DNA of 64,000 nucleotides, taken from Eledone cirrhosa (Eukaryota). The translations under genes and the position numbers were made by a program. This document shows positions 1 to 15,000 of this stretch, in pieces (the first letter of the stretch is position 1; every line of letters starts with the position of its first letter). Where the stretch lies: the NCBI GenBank assembly GCA_964016885.1, contig OZ024740.1, positions 88,226,001 through 88,290,000 on the forward strand, in the 5' to 3' direction. The notes beneath the pieces were generated by a model. The model ran no database searches, was not told where the DNA came from, and saw only the letters and a program-made list of their open reading frames with translations.

Positions 1-3000
1 AGTGTCAGTAACACCAGTAATACAATGACATGTTGTGGTAGAAGTATGACAGTAACAACAACAACACTGACACAGCAACATGTTGTGGTAGAGATAACGA
101 TGTCAGTAGCACCAGTAATACAATGACATGTTGTGGTAGAAGTATGACAGTAACAACAACAACACTGACACAACAACATGTTGTGGTAGAGATAACAGAG
201 TCAGTAACACCAGTAATACAATGACATGTTGTGGTAGAAGTATGACAGTAACAGCAACACTGACACAGCAACATGCTGTAGTAGAGATTACAGTGTCAGT
301 AACACCAGTAAAACAATGACATGTTGTGGTAGAAGTATGACAGTAACAAGAACAACACTGACACAGCACCATGTTGTGGTAGAGATAACAGTGTCAGTAA
401 CACCAGTAATACAATGATATGTTGTGGTAGAAGTATGACAGTAACAACAACACTGACACAGCATCATGTTGTGGTAGAGATAACAGTGTCAGTAACACCA
501 GTAATACAATGACATGTTGTGGTAGAAGTATGACAGTAACAATAACAACACTGACACAGCAACATGCTGTGGTAGAGATGACGGTGTCCGTAACACCAGT
601 AATACAATGACATGTTGTGGTAGAAGTATGACAGTAACAACAACACTGACACAGCAACATGTTGCGGTAGAGATAAGAGTGTCAGTAACACCAGTAATAC
701 AATGACATGTTGTGGTAGAAGTATGACAGTAACAACAACAACACTGACACAGCAACATGTTGTGGTAGAGATAACAGTGTCAGTAACACCAGTAATACAA
801 TGACATGTTGTGGTAGAAGTATGACAGTAACAACAACAACACTGACACAGCAACGTGTTGTGGTAGAGATTACAGTGTCAGTAACACCAGTAATACAATG
901 ACATGTTGTGGTAGAAGTATGACATTAACAACAACAACACTGACACAGCAACATGTTGTGGTAGAGATGACAGTGTCAGTAACACCAGTAATACAATGAC
1001 ATGTTGTGGTAGAAGTATGACAGTAACAACAACAACACTGACACATCAACATGTTGCGGTAGAGATAACAGTGTCAGTAACACCAGTAATACAATGACAT
1101 GTTGTGGTAGAAGTATGACAGTAACAACAACACTGACACAGCAACAGGCTGTGGTAGAGATTACAGTGTCAGTAACACCAGTAATACAATGACATGTTGT
1201 GGTAGAAGTATGACATTAACAACAACAACACTGACACAGCAACATGCTGTGGTAGAGATAACGGTGTCAGTAACACCAGTAATACAATGGCATGTTGTGG
1301 TAGAAATATGACAGTAACAACAACAACACTGACACAGCAACATGTTGTGGTAGAGATAACGGTGTCAGTAACACCAGTAATACAATGGCATGTTGTGGTA
1401 GAAATATGACAGTAACAACAACAACACTGACACAGCAACATGTTGTGGTAGAGATAACGGTGTCAGTAACACCAGTAATACAATGGCATGTTGTGGTAGA
1501 AGTATGACAGTAACAACAACAACACTGACACAGCAACATGTTGTGGTAGAGATAACGGTGTCAGTAACACCAGTAATACAATGGCATGTTGTGGTAGAAG
1601 TATGACAGTAACAACAACACTGACACAGCAACATGTTGTGGTAGAGATAACGGTGTCAGTAACACCAGTAATACAATGACATGTTGTGGTAGAAGTACGA
1701 CAGTAACAACAACAACACTGACACAGCAACATGTTGTGGTAGAGATTACAGTGTCAGTAACACCAGTAATACAATGACATGTTGTGGTAGAAGTATGACA
1801 GTAACAACAACAGGACTGACACAGCAACATGTTGTGGTAGAGATAACGGTGTCAGTAACACCAGTAATACAATGACATGTTGTGGTAGAAGTATGACAGT
1901 AACAACAACAACACTGACACAGCAACATGCTGTGGTAGAGATTACAGTGTCAGTAACACCAGTAATACAATGACATGTTGTGGTAGAAGTATGACAGTAA
2001 CAACAACACTGGCACAGCAACATGCTGTGGTAGAGATAACAGTGTCAGTAACACCAGTAATACAATGACATGTTGTGGTAGAAGTATGACAGTAACAACA
2101 ACACTGACACAGCAACATGCTGTGGTAGAGATAATAGTGTCAGTAACACCAGTAATACAATGACATGTTGTGGTAGAAGTATGACAGTAACAACAACACT
2201 GACACAGCAACATGCTGTGGTAGAGATTACAGTGTCAGTAACACCAGTAATACAATGACATGTTGTGGTAGAAGTATGACAGTAACAACAACAACACTGA
2301 CACAGCAACATGCTGTGGTAGAGATTACAGTGTCAGTAACACCAGTAATACAATGACATGTTGTGGTAGAAGTATGACAGTAACAACAACACTGACACAG
2401 CAACATGCTGTGGTAGAGATAATAGTGTCAGTAACACCAGTAATACAATGACATGTTGTGGTAGAAGTATGACAGTAACAACAACACTGACACAGCAACA
2501 TGCTGTGATAGAAGTAACAGTGGCAGTAACACCAATAATACAATGACATGTTGTGGTAGAAGTATGACAGTAACAACAACAACACTGACACAGCAACATG
2601 CTGTGGTAGAGATAATAGTGTCAGTAACACCAGTAATACAATGACATGCTCTGGTAGAAGTATGACAGTAACAACAACACTGACACAGCAACATGCTGTG
2701 GTAGAAGTAACAGTGGCAGTAACACCAGTAATACAATGACATGTTGTGGTAGAAGTATGACAGTAACAACAACAACACTGACACAGCAACATGCTGTGGT
2801 AGAGATAATAGTGTCAGTAACACCAGTAATACAATGACATGCTGTGGTAGAAGTATGACAGTAACAACAACACTGACACAGCAACATGCTGTGGTAGAAG
2901 TAACAATGGCAGTAACACCAGTAATACAATGACATGTTGTGGTAGAAGTATGACAGTAACAACAACAACACTGACACAGCAACATGCTTTGGTAGAGATA

Positions 3001-6000
3001 ACAGTGTCAGTAACACCAGTAATACAATGACATGTTGTGGTAGAAGTATGACAGTAACAACAACAACACTGACACAGCAACATGTTGTGGTAGAGATAAC
3101 AGTGTCAGTAACACCAGTAATACAATGACATGTTGTGGTAGAAGTATGACAGTAACAACAACAACACTGACACAACAACATGTTGTGGTAGAGACAACAG
3201 AGTCAGTAACACCAGTAATACAATGACATGTTGTGGTAGAAGTATGACAGTAACAACAACAACACTGACAGAGCAACAGGCTGTGGTAGAGATAATAGTG
3301 TCAGTAACACCAGTAATACAATGACATGTTGTGGTAGAAGTATGACAGTAACAACAACACTGACACAGCAACATGCTGTGGTAGAGATAACAGTGTCAGT
3401 AACACCAGTAATACAATGACATGTTGTGGTAGAAGTATGACAGTAACAACAACACTGACACAGCAACATGCTGTGGTAGAGATAACAGTGTCAGTAACAC
3501 CAGTAATACAATGACATGTTGTGGTAGAAGTATGATAGTAACAACAACACTGACACAGCAACATGTTGTGGTAGAGATTACAGTGTCAATAACACCAGTA
3601 ATACAATGACATGTTGTGGTAGAAGTATGACAGTAACAACAACAACACTGACACAGCAACATGTTGTGGTAGAGATTACAGTGTCAGTAACACCAGTAAT
3701 ACAATGACATGTTGTGGTAGAAGTATGACAGTAACAACAACAACACTGACACAGCAACATGTGGTAGAGATTACAGTGCCAGTAACACCAGTAATACAAT
3801 GACATGTTGTGGTAGAAGTTTGACAGTAACAACAACAACACTGACACAGCAACATGCTGTGCTAGAGATAACAGTGGCAGTAACACCAGTAATACAATGA
3901 CATGTTGTGGTAGAAGTATGACAGTAACAACAACAACACTAACACAGCAACATGTGGTAGAGATAACTGTGTCAGTAACACCAGTAATACAATGACATGT
4001 TGTGGTAGAAGTATGACAGTAACAACAACACTGACACAGCAACATGCTGTGGTAGAGATTACAGTGTCAGTAACACCAGTAATACAATGACATGTTGTGG
4101 TAGAAGTATGATAGTAACAACAACACTGACGCAGCAACATGCTGTGGTAGAGATAGCAGTGTCAGTAACACCAGTAATACAATGACATGTTGTGGTAGAA
4201 GTATGACAGTAACAACAACAACAACACTGACACAGCAACATGCTGTGGTAGAGATAATAGTGTCAGTAACACCAGTAATACAATGACATGTTGTGGTAGA
4301 AGTATGACAGTAACAACAACAACACTGACACAGCAACATGTTGTGGTAGAGATAACAGTGTCAGTAGCACCAGTAATACAATGACATGTTGTGGTAGAAG
4401 TATGACAGTAACAACAACAACACTGACACAACAACATGTTGTGGTAGAGATAACAGAGTCAGTAACACCAGTAATACAATGACATGTTGTGGTAGAAGTA
4501 TGACAGTAACAGCAACACTGACACAGCAACATGCTGTAGTAGAGATTACAGTGTCAGTAACACCAGTAAAACAATGACATGTTGTGGTAGAAGTATGACA
4601 GTAACAAGAACAACACTGACACAGCAACATGTTGTGGTAGAGATAACAGTGTCAGTAACACCAGTAATACAATGATATGTTGTGGTAGAAGTATGACAGT
4701 AACAACAACACTGACACAGCATCATGTTGTGGTAGAGATAACAGTGTCAGTAACACCAGTAATACAATGACATGTTGTGGTAGAAGTATGACAGTAACAA
4801 TAACAACACTGACACAGCAACATGCTGTGGTAGAGATGACGGTGTCCGTAACACCAGTAATACAATGACATGTTGTGGTAGAAGTATGACAGTAACAACA
4901 ACACTGACACAGCAACATGTTGCGGTAGAGATAAGAGTGTCAGTAACACCAGTAATACAATGACATGTTGTGGTAGAAGTATGACAGTAACAACAACAAC
5001 ACTGACACAGCAACGTGTTGTGGTAGAGATTACAGTGTCAGTAACACCAGTAATACAATGACATGTTGTGGTAGAAGTATGACATTAACAACAACAACAC
5101 TGACACAGCAACATGTTGTGGTAGAGATGACAGTGTCAGTAACACCAGTAATACAATGACATGTTGTGGTAGAAGTATGACAGTAACAACAACAACACTG
5201 ACACAGCAACATGTTGCGGTAGAGATAACAGTGTCAGTAACACCAGTAATACAATGACATGTTGTGGTAGAAGTATGACAGTAACAACAACACTGACACA
5301 GCAACAGGCTGTGGTAGAGATTACAGTGTCAGTAACACCAGTAATACAATGACATGTTGTGGTAGAAGTATGACATTAACAACAACAACACTGACACAGC
5401 AACATGCTGTGGTAGAGATAACGGTGTCAGTAACACCAGTAATACAATGGCATGTTGTGGTAGAAGTATGACAGTAACAACAACAACACTGACACAGCAA
5501 CATGTTGTGGTAGAGATAACAGTGTCAGTAACACCAGTAATACAATGATATGTTGTGGTAGAAGTATGACAGTAACAACAACACTGACACAGCATCATGT
5601 TGTGGTAGAGATAACAGTGTCAGTAACACCAGTAATACAATGACATGTTGTGGTAGAAGTATGACAGTAACAATAACAACACTGACACAGCAACATGCTG
5701 TGGTAGAGATGACGGTGTCCGTAACACCAGTAATACAATGACATGTTGTGGTAGAAGTATGACAGTAACAACAACACTGACACAGCAACATGTTGCGGTA
5801 GAGATAAGAGTGTCAGTAACACCAGTAATACAATGACATGTTGTGGTAGAAGTATGACAGTAACAACAACAACACTGACACAGCAACGTGTTGTGGTAGA
5901 GATTACAGTGTCAGTAACACCAGTAATACAATGACATGTTGTGGTAGAAGTATGACATTAACAACAACAACACTGACACAGCAACATGTTGTGGTAGAGA

Positions 6001-9000
6001 TGACAGTGTCAGTAACACCAGTAATACAATGACATGTTGTGGTAGAAGTATGACAGTAACAGCAACACTGACACAGCAACATGCTGTAGTAGAGATTACA
6101 GTGTCAGTAACACCAGTAAAACAATGACATGTTGTGGTAGAAGTATGACAGTAACAAGAACAACACTGACACAGCAACATGTTGTGGTAGAGATAACAGT
6201 GTCAGTAACACCAGTAATACAATGATATGTTGTGGTAGAAGTATGACAGTAACAACAACACTGACACAGCATCATGTTGTGGTAGAGATAACAGTGTCAG
6301 TAACACCAGTAATACAATGACATGTTGTGGTAGAAGTATGACAGTAACAATAACAACACTGACACAGCAACATGCTGTGGTAGAGATGACGGTGTCCGTA
6401 ACACCAGTAATACAATGACATGTTGTGGTAGAAGTATGACAGTAACAACAACACTGACACAGCAACATGTTGCGGTAGAGATAAGAGTGTCAGTAACACC
6501 AGTAATACAATGACATGTTGTGGTAGAAGTATGACAGTAACAACAACAACACTGACACAGCAACGTGTTGTGGTAGAGATTACAGTGTCAGTAACACCAG
6601 TAATACAATGACATGTTGTGGTAGAAGTATGACATTAACAACAACAACACTGACACAGCAACATGTTGTGGTAGAGATGACAGTGTCAGTAACACCAGTA
6701 ATACAATGACATGTTGTGGTAGAAGTATGACAGTAACAACAACAACACTGACACAGCAACATGTTGCGGTAGAGATAACAGTGTCAGTAACACCAGTAAT
6801 ACAATGACATGTTGTGGTAGAAGTATGACAGTAACAACAACACTGACACAGCAACAGGCTGTGGTAGAGATTACAGTGTCAGTAACACCAGTAATACAAT
6901 GACATGTTGTGGTAGAAGTATGACATTAACAACAACAACACTGACACAGCAACATGCTGTGGTAGAGATAACGGTGTCAGTAACACCAGTAATACAATGG
7001 CATGTTGTGGTAGAAGTATGACAGTAACAACAACAACACTGACACAGCAACATGTTGTGGTAGAGATAACGGTGTCAGTAACACCAGTAATACAATGGCA
7101 TGTTGTGGTAGAAGTATGACAATAACAACAACAACACTGACACAGCAACATGTTGTGGTAGAGATAACGGTGTCAGTAACACCAGTAATACAATGGCATG
7201 TTGTGGTAGAAATATGACAGTAACAACAACAACACTGACACAGCAACATGTTGTGGTAGAGATAACGGTGTCAGTAACACCAGTAATACAATGGCATGTT
7301 GTGGTAGAAGTATGACAGTAACAACAACAACACTGACACAGCAACATATTGTGGTAGAGATAACGGTGTCAGTAACACCAGTAATACAATGGCAGGTTGT
7401 GGTAGAAGTATGACAGTAACAACAACACTGACACAGCAACATGTTGTGGTAGAGATAACGGTGTCAGTAACACCAGTAATACAATGACATGTTGTGGTAG
7501 AAGTACGACAGTAACAACAACAACACTGACACAGCAACATGTTGTGGTAGAGATTACAGTGTCAGTAACACCAGTAATACAATGACATGTTGTGGTAGAA
7601 GTATGACAGTAACAACAACAGGACTGACACAGCAACATGTTGTGGTAGAGATAACGGTGTCAGTAACACCAGTAATACAATGACATGTTGTGGTAGAAGT
7701 ATGGCAGTAACAACAACAACACTGACACAGCAACATGTTGTGGTAGAGATTACAGTGTCAGTAACACCAGTAATACAATGACATGTTGTGGTAGAAGTAT
7801 GACAGTAACAACAACAACACTGACACAGCAACGTGTTGTGGTAGAGATTACAGTGTCAGTAACACCAGTAATACAATGACATGTTGTGGTAGAAGTATGA
7901 CATTAACAACAACAACACTGACACAGCAACATGTTGTGGTAGAGATGACAGTGTCAGTAACACCAGTAATACAATGACATGTTGTGGTAGAAGTATGACA
8001 GTAACAACAACAACACTGACACAGCAACATGTTGCGGTAGAGCTAACAGTGTCAGTAACACCAGTAATACAATGACATGTTGTGGTAGAAGTATGACAGT
8101 AACAACAACACTGACACAGCAACAGGCTGTGGTAGAGATTACAGTGTCAGTAACACCAGTAATACAATGACATGTTGTGGTAGAAGTATGACATTAACAA
8201 CAACAACACTGACACAGCAACATGCTGTGGTAGAGATAACGGTGTCAGTAACACCAGTAATACAATGGCATGTTGTGGTAGAAGTATGACAGTAACAACA
8301 ACAACACTGACACAGCAACATGTTGTGGTAGAGATAACGGTGTCAGTAACACCAGTAATACAATGGCATGTTGTGGTAGAAGTATGACAATAACAACAAC
8401 AACACTGACACAGCAACATGTTGTGGTAGAGATAACGGTGTCAGTAACACCAGTAATACAATGGCATGTTGTGGTAGAAATATGACAGTAACAACAACAA
8501 CACTGACACAGCAACATGTTGTGGTAGAGATAACGGTGTCAGTAACACCAGTAATACAATGGCATGTTGTGGTAGAAGTATGACAGTAACAACAACAACA
8601 CTGACACAGCAACATGTTGTGGTAGAGATAACGGTGTCAGTAACACCAGTAATACAATGGCATGTTGTGGTAGAAGTATGACAGTAACAACAACACTGAC
8701 ACAGCAACATGTTGTGGTAGAGATAACGGTGTCAGTAACACCAGTAATACAATGACATGTTGTGGTAGAAGTACGACAGTAACAACAACAACACTGACAC
8801 AGCAACATGTTGTGGTAGAGATTACAGTGTCAGTAACACCAGTAATACAATGACATGTTGTGTTAGAAGTATGACAGTAACAACAACAGGACTGACACAG
8901 CAACATGTTGTGGTAGAGATAACGGTGTCAGTAACACCAGTAATACAATGACATGTTGTGGTAGAAGTATGACAGTAACAACAACAACACTGACACAGCA

Positions 9001-12000
9001 ACATGCTGTGGTAGAGATTACAGTGTCAGTAACACCAGTAATACAATGACATGTTGTGGTAGAAGTATGACAGTAACAACAACACTGGCACAGCAACATG
9101 CTGTGGTAGAGATAACAGTGTCAGTAACACCAGTAATACAATGACATGTTGTGGTAGAAGTATGACAGTAACAACAACACTGACACAGCAACATGCTGTG
9201 GTAGAGATAATAGTGTCAGTAACACCAGTAATACAATGACATGTTGTGGTAGAAGTATGACAGTAACAACAACACTGACACAGCAACATGCTGTGGTAGA
9301 GATTACAGTGTCAGTAACACCAGTAATACAATGACATGTTGTGGTAGAAGTATGACAGTAACAACAACAACACTGACACAGCAACATGCTGTGGTAGAGA
9401 TTACAGTGTCAGTAACACCAGTAATACAATGACATGTTGTGGTAGAAGTATGACAGTAACAACAACACTGACACAGCAACATGCTGTGGTAGAGATAATA
9501 GTGTCAGTAACACCAGTAATACAATGACATGTTGTGGTAGAAGTATGACAGTAACAACAACACTGACACAGCAACATGCTGTGATAGAAGTAACAGTGGC
9601 AGTAACACCAATAATACAATGACATGTTGTGGTAGAGGTATGACAGTAACAACAACAACACTGACACAGCAACATGCTGTGGTAGAGATAATAGTGTCAG
9701 TAACACCAGTAATACAATGACATGCTCTGGTAGAAGTATGACAGTAACAACAACACTGACACAGCAACATGCTGTGGTAGAAGTAACAGTGGCAGTAACA
9801 CCAGTAATACAATGACATGTTGTGGTAGATGTATGACAGTAACAACAACAACACTGACACAGCAACATGCTGTGGTAGAGATAATAGTGTCAGTAACACC
9901 AGTAATACAATGACATGCTGTGGTAGAAGTATGACAGTAACAACAACACTGACACAGCAACATGCTGTGGTAGAAGTAACAATGGCAGTAACACCAGTAA
10001 TACAATGACATGTTGTGGTAGAAGTATGACAGTAACAACAACAACACTGACACAGCAACATGCTTTGGTAGAGATAACAGTGTCAGTAACACCAGTAATA
10101 CAATGACATGTTGTGGTAGAAGTATGACAGTAACAACAACAACACTGACACAGCAACATGTTGTGGTAGAGATAACAGTGTCAGTAGCACCAGTAATACA
10201 ATGACATGTTGTGGTAGAAGTATGACAGTAACAACAACAACACTGACACAACAACATGTTGTGGTAGAGACAACAGAGTCAGTAACACCAGTAATACAAT
10301 GACATGTTGTGGTAGAAGTATGACAGTAACAACAACAACACTGACACAGCAACATGCTGTGGTAGAGATAATAGTGTCAGTAACACCAGTAATACAATGA
10401 CATGTTGTGGTAGAAGTATGACAGTAACAACAACACTGACACAGCAACATGCTGTGGTAGAGATAACAGTGTCAGTAACACCAGTAATACAATGACATGT
10501 TGTGGTAGAAGTATGACAGTAACAACAACACTGACACAGCAACATGCTGTGGTAGAGATAACAGTGTCAGTAACACCAGTAATACAATGACATGTTGTGG
10601 TAGAAGTATGATAGTAACAACAACACTGACACAGCAACATGTTGTGGTAGAGATTACAGTGTCAATAACACCAGTAATACAATGACATGTTGTGGTAGAA
10701 GTATGACAGTAACAACAACAACACTGACACAGCAACATGTTGTGGTAGAGATTACAGTGTCAGTAACACCAGTAATACAATGACATGTTGTGGTAGAAGT
10801 ATGACAGTAACAACAACAACACTGACACAGCAACATGTGGTAGAGATTACAGTGCCAGTAACACCAGTAATACAATGACATGTTGTGGTAGAAGTTTGAC
10901 AGTAACAACAACAACACTGACACAGCAACATGCTGTGCTAGAGATAACAGTGGCAGTAACACCAGTAATACAATGACATGTTGTGGTAGAAGTATGACAG
11001 TAACAACAACAACACTGACACAGCAACATGTGGTAGAGATAACTGTGTCAGTAACACCAGTAATACAATGACATGTTGTGGTAGAAGTATGACAGTAACA
11101 ACAACACTGACACAGCAACATGCTGTGGTAGAGATAGCAGTGTCAGTAACACCAGTAATACAATGACATGTTGTGGTAGAAGTATGACAGTAACAACAAC
11201 AACAACACTGACACAGCAACATGCTGTGGTAGAGGTAATAGTGTCAGTAACACCAGTAATACAATGACATGTTGTGGTAGAAGTATGACAGTAACAACAA
11301 CAACACTGACACAGCAACATGTTGTGGTAGAGATAACAGTGTCAGTAGCACCAGTAATACAATGACATGTTGTGGTAGAAGTATGACAGTAACAACAACA
11401 ACACTGACACAACAACATGTTGTGGTAGAGATAACAGAGTCAGTAACACCAGTAATACAATGACATGTTGTGGTAGAAGTATGACAGTAACAGCAACACT
11501 GACACAGCAACATGCTGTAGTAGAGATTACAGTGTCAGTAACACCAGTAAAACAATGACATGTTGTGGTAGAAGTATGACAGTAACAAGAACAACACTGA
11601 CACAGCAACATGTTGTGGTAGAGATAACAGTGTCAGTAACACCAGTAATACAATGATATGTTGTGGTAGAAGTATGACAGTAACAACAACACTGACACAG
11701 CATCATGTTGTGGTAGAGATAACAGTGTCAGTAACACCAGTAATACAATGACATGTTGTGGTAGAAGTATGACAGTAACAATAACAACACTGACACAGCA
11801 ACATGCTGTGGTAGAGATGACGGTGTCCGTAACACCAGTAATACAATGACATGTTGTGGTAGAAGTATGACAGTAACAACAACAACACTGACACAGCAAC
11901 ATGTTGTGGTAGAGATAACAGTGTCAGTAACACCAGTAATACAATGACATGTTGTGGTAGAAGTATGACAGTAACAACAACAACACTGACACAGCAACGT

Positions 12001-15000
12001 GTTGTGGTAGAGATTACAGTGTCAGTAACACCAGTAATACAATGACATGTTGTGGTAGAAGTATGACATTAACAACAACAACACTGACACAGCAACATGT
12101 TGTGGTAGAGATGACAGTGTCAGTAACACCAGTAATACAATGACATGTTGTGGTAGAAGTATGATAGTAACAACAACACTGACACAGCAACATGCTGTGG
12201 TAGAGATAGCAGTGTCAGTAACACCAGTAATACAATGACATGTTGTGGTAGAAGTATGACAGTAACAACAACAACAACACTGACACAGCAACATGCTGTG
12301 GTAGAGATAATAGTGTCAGTAACACCAGTAATACAATGACATGTTGTGGTAGAAGTATGACAGTAACAACAACAACACTGACACAGCAACATGTTGTGGT
12401 AGAGATAACAGTGTCAGTAGCACCAGTAATACAATGACATGTTGTGGTAGAAGTATGACAGTAACAACAACAACACTGACACAACAACATGTTGTGGTAG
12501 AGATAACAGAGTCAGTAACACCAGTAATACAATGACATGTTGTGGTAGAAGTATGACAGTAACAGCAACACTGACACAGCAACATGCTGTAGTAGAGATT
12601 ACAGTGTCAGTAACACCAGTAAAACAATGACATGTTGTGGTAGAAGTATGACAGTAACAAGAACAACACTGACACAGCAACATGTTGTGGTAGAGATAAC
12701 AGTGTCAGTAACACCAGTAATACAATGATATGTTGTGGTAGAAGTATGACAGTAACAACAACACTGACACAGCATCATGTTGTGGTAGAGATAACAGTGT
12801 CAGTAACACCAGTAATACAATGACATGTTGTGGTAGAAGTATGACAGTAACAATAACAACACTGACACAGCAACATGCTGTGGTAGAGATGACGGTGTCC
12901 GTAACACCAGTAATACAATGACATGTTGTGGTAGAAGTATGACAGTAACAACAACACTGACACAGCAACATGTTGCGGTAGAGATAAGAGTGTCAGTAAC
13001 ACCAGTAATACAATGACATGTTGTGGTAGAAGTATGACAGTAACAACAACAACACTGACACAGCAACGTGTTGTGGTAGAGATTACAGTGTCAGTAACAC
13101 CAGTAATACAATGACATGTTGTGGTAGAAGTATGACATTAACAACAACAACACTGACACAGCAACATGTTGTGGTAGAGATGACAGTGTCAGTAACACCA
13201 GTAATACAATGACATGTTGTGGTAGAAGTATGACAGTAACAACAACAACACTGACACAGCAACATGTTGCGGTAGAGATAACAGTGTCAGTAACACCAGT
13301 AATACAATGACATGTTGTGGTAGAAGTATGACAGTAACAACAACACTGACACAGCAACAGGCTGTGGTAGAGATTACAGTGTCAGTAACACCAGTAATAC
13401 AATGACATGTTGTGGTAGAAGTATGACATTAACAACAACAACACTGACACAGCAACATGCTGTGGTAGAGATAACGGTGTCAGTAACACCAGTAATACAA
13501 TGGCATGTTGTGGTAGAAGTATGACAGTAACAACAACAACACTGACACAGCAACATGTTGTGGTAGAGATAACGGTGTCAGTAACACCAGTAATACAATG
13601 GCATGTTGTGGTAGAAGTATGACAATAACAACAACAACACTGACACAGCAACATGTTGTGGTAGAGATAACGGTGTCAGTAACACCAGTAATACAATGGC
13701 ATGTTGTGGTAGAAATATGACAGTAACAACAACAACACTGACACAGCAACATGTTGTGGTAGAGATACCGGTGTCAGTAACACCAGTAATACAATGGCAT
13801 GTTGTGGTAGAAGTATGACAGTAACAACAACAACACTGACACAGCAACATGTTGTGGTAGAGATAACGGTGTCAGTAACACCAGTAATACAATGGCATGT
13901 TGTGGTAGAAGTATGACAGTAACAACAACACTGACACAGCAACATGTTGTGGTAGAGATAACGGTGTCAGTAACACCAGTAATACAATGACATGTTGTGG
14001 TAGAAGTACGACAGTAACAACAACAACACTGACACAGCAACATGTTGTGGTAGAGATTACAGTGTCAGTAACACCAGTAATACAATGACATGTTGTGGTA
14101 GAAGTATGACAGTAACAACAACAGGACTGACACAGCAACATGTTGTGGTAGAGATAACGGTGTCAGTAACACCAGTAATACAATGGCATGTTGTGGTAGA
14201 AGTATGACAGTAACAACAACAACACTGACACAGCAACATGTTGTGGTAGAGATTACAGTGTCAGTAACACCAGTAATACAATGACATGTTGTGGTAGAAG
14301 TATGACAGTAACAACAACAACACTGACACAGCAACGTGTTGTGGTAGAGATTACAGTGTCAGTAACACCAGTAATACAATGACATGTTGTGGTAGAAGTA
14401 TGACATTAACAACAACAACACTGACACAGCAACATGTTGTGGTAGAGATGACAGTGTCAGTAACACCAGTAATACAATGACATGTTGTGGTAGAAGTATG
14501 ACAGTAACAACAACAACACTGACACAGCAACATGTTGCGGTAGAGCTAACAGTGTCAGTAACACCAGTAATACAATGACATGTTGTGGTAGAAGTATGAC
14601 AGTAACAACAACACTGACACAGCAACAGGCTGTGGTAGAGATTACAGTGTCAGTAACACCAGTAATACAATGACATGTTGTGGTAGAAGTATGACATTAA
14701 CAACAACAACACTGACACAGCAACATGCTGTGGTAGAGATAACGGTGTCAGTAACACCAGTAATACAATGGCATGTTGTGGTAGAAGTATGACAGTAACA
14801 ACAACAACACTGACACAGCAACATGTTGTGGTAGAGATAACGGTGTCAGTAACACCAGTAATACAATGGCATGTTGTGGTAGAAGTATGACAATAACAAC
14901 AACAACACTGACACAGCAACATGTTGCGGTAGAGATAACGGTGTCAGTAACACCAGTAATACAATGGCATGTTGTGGTAGAAATATGACAGTAACAACAA

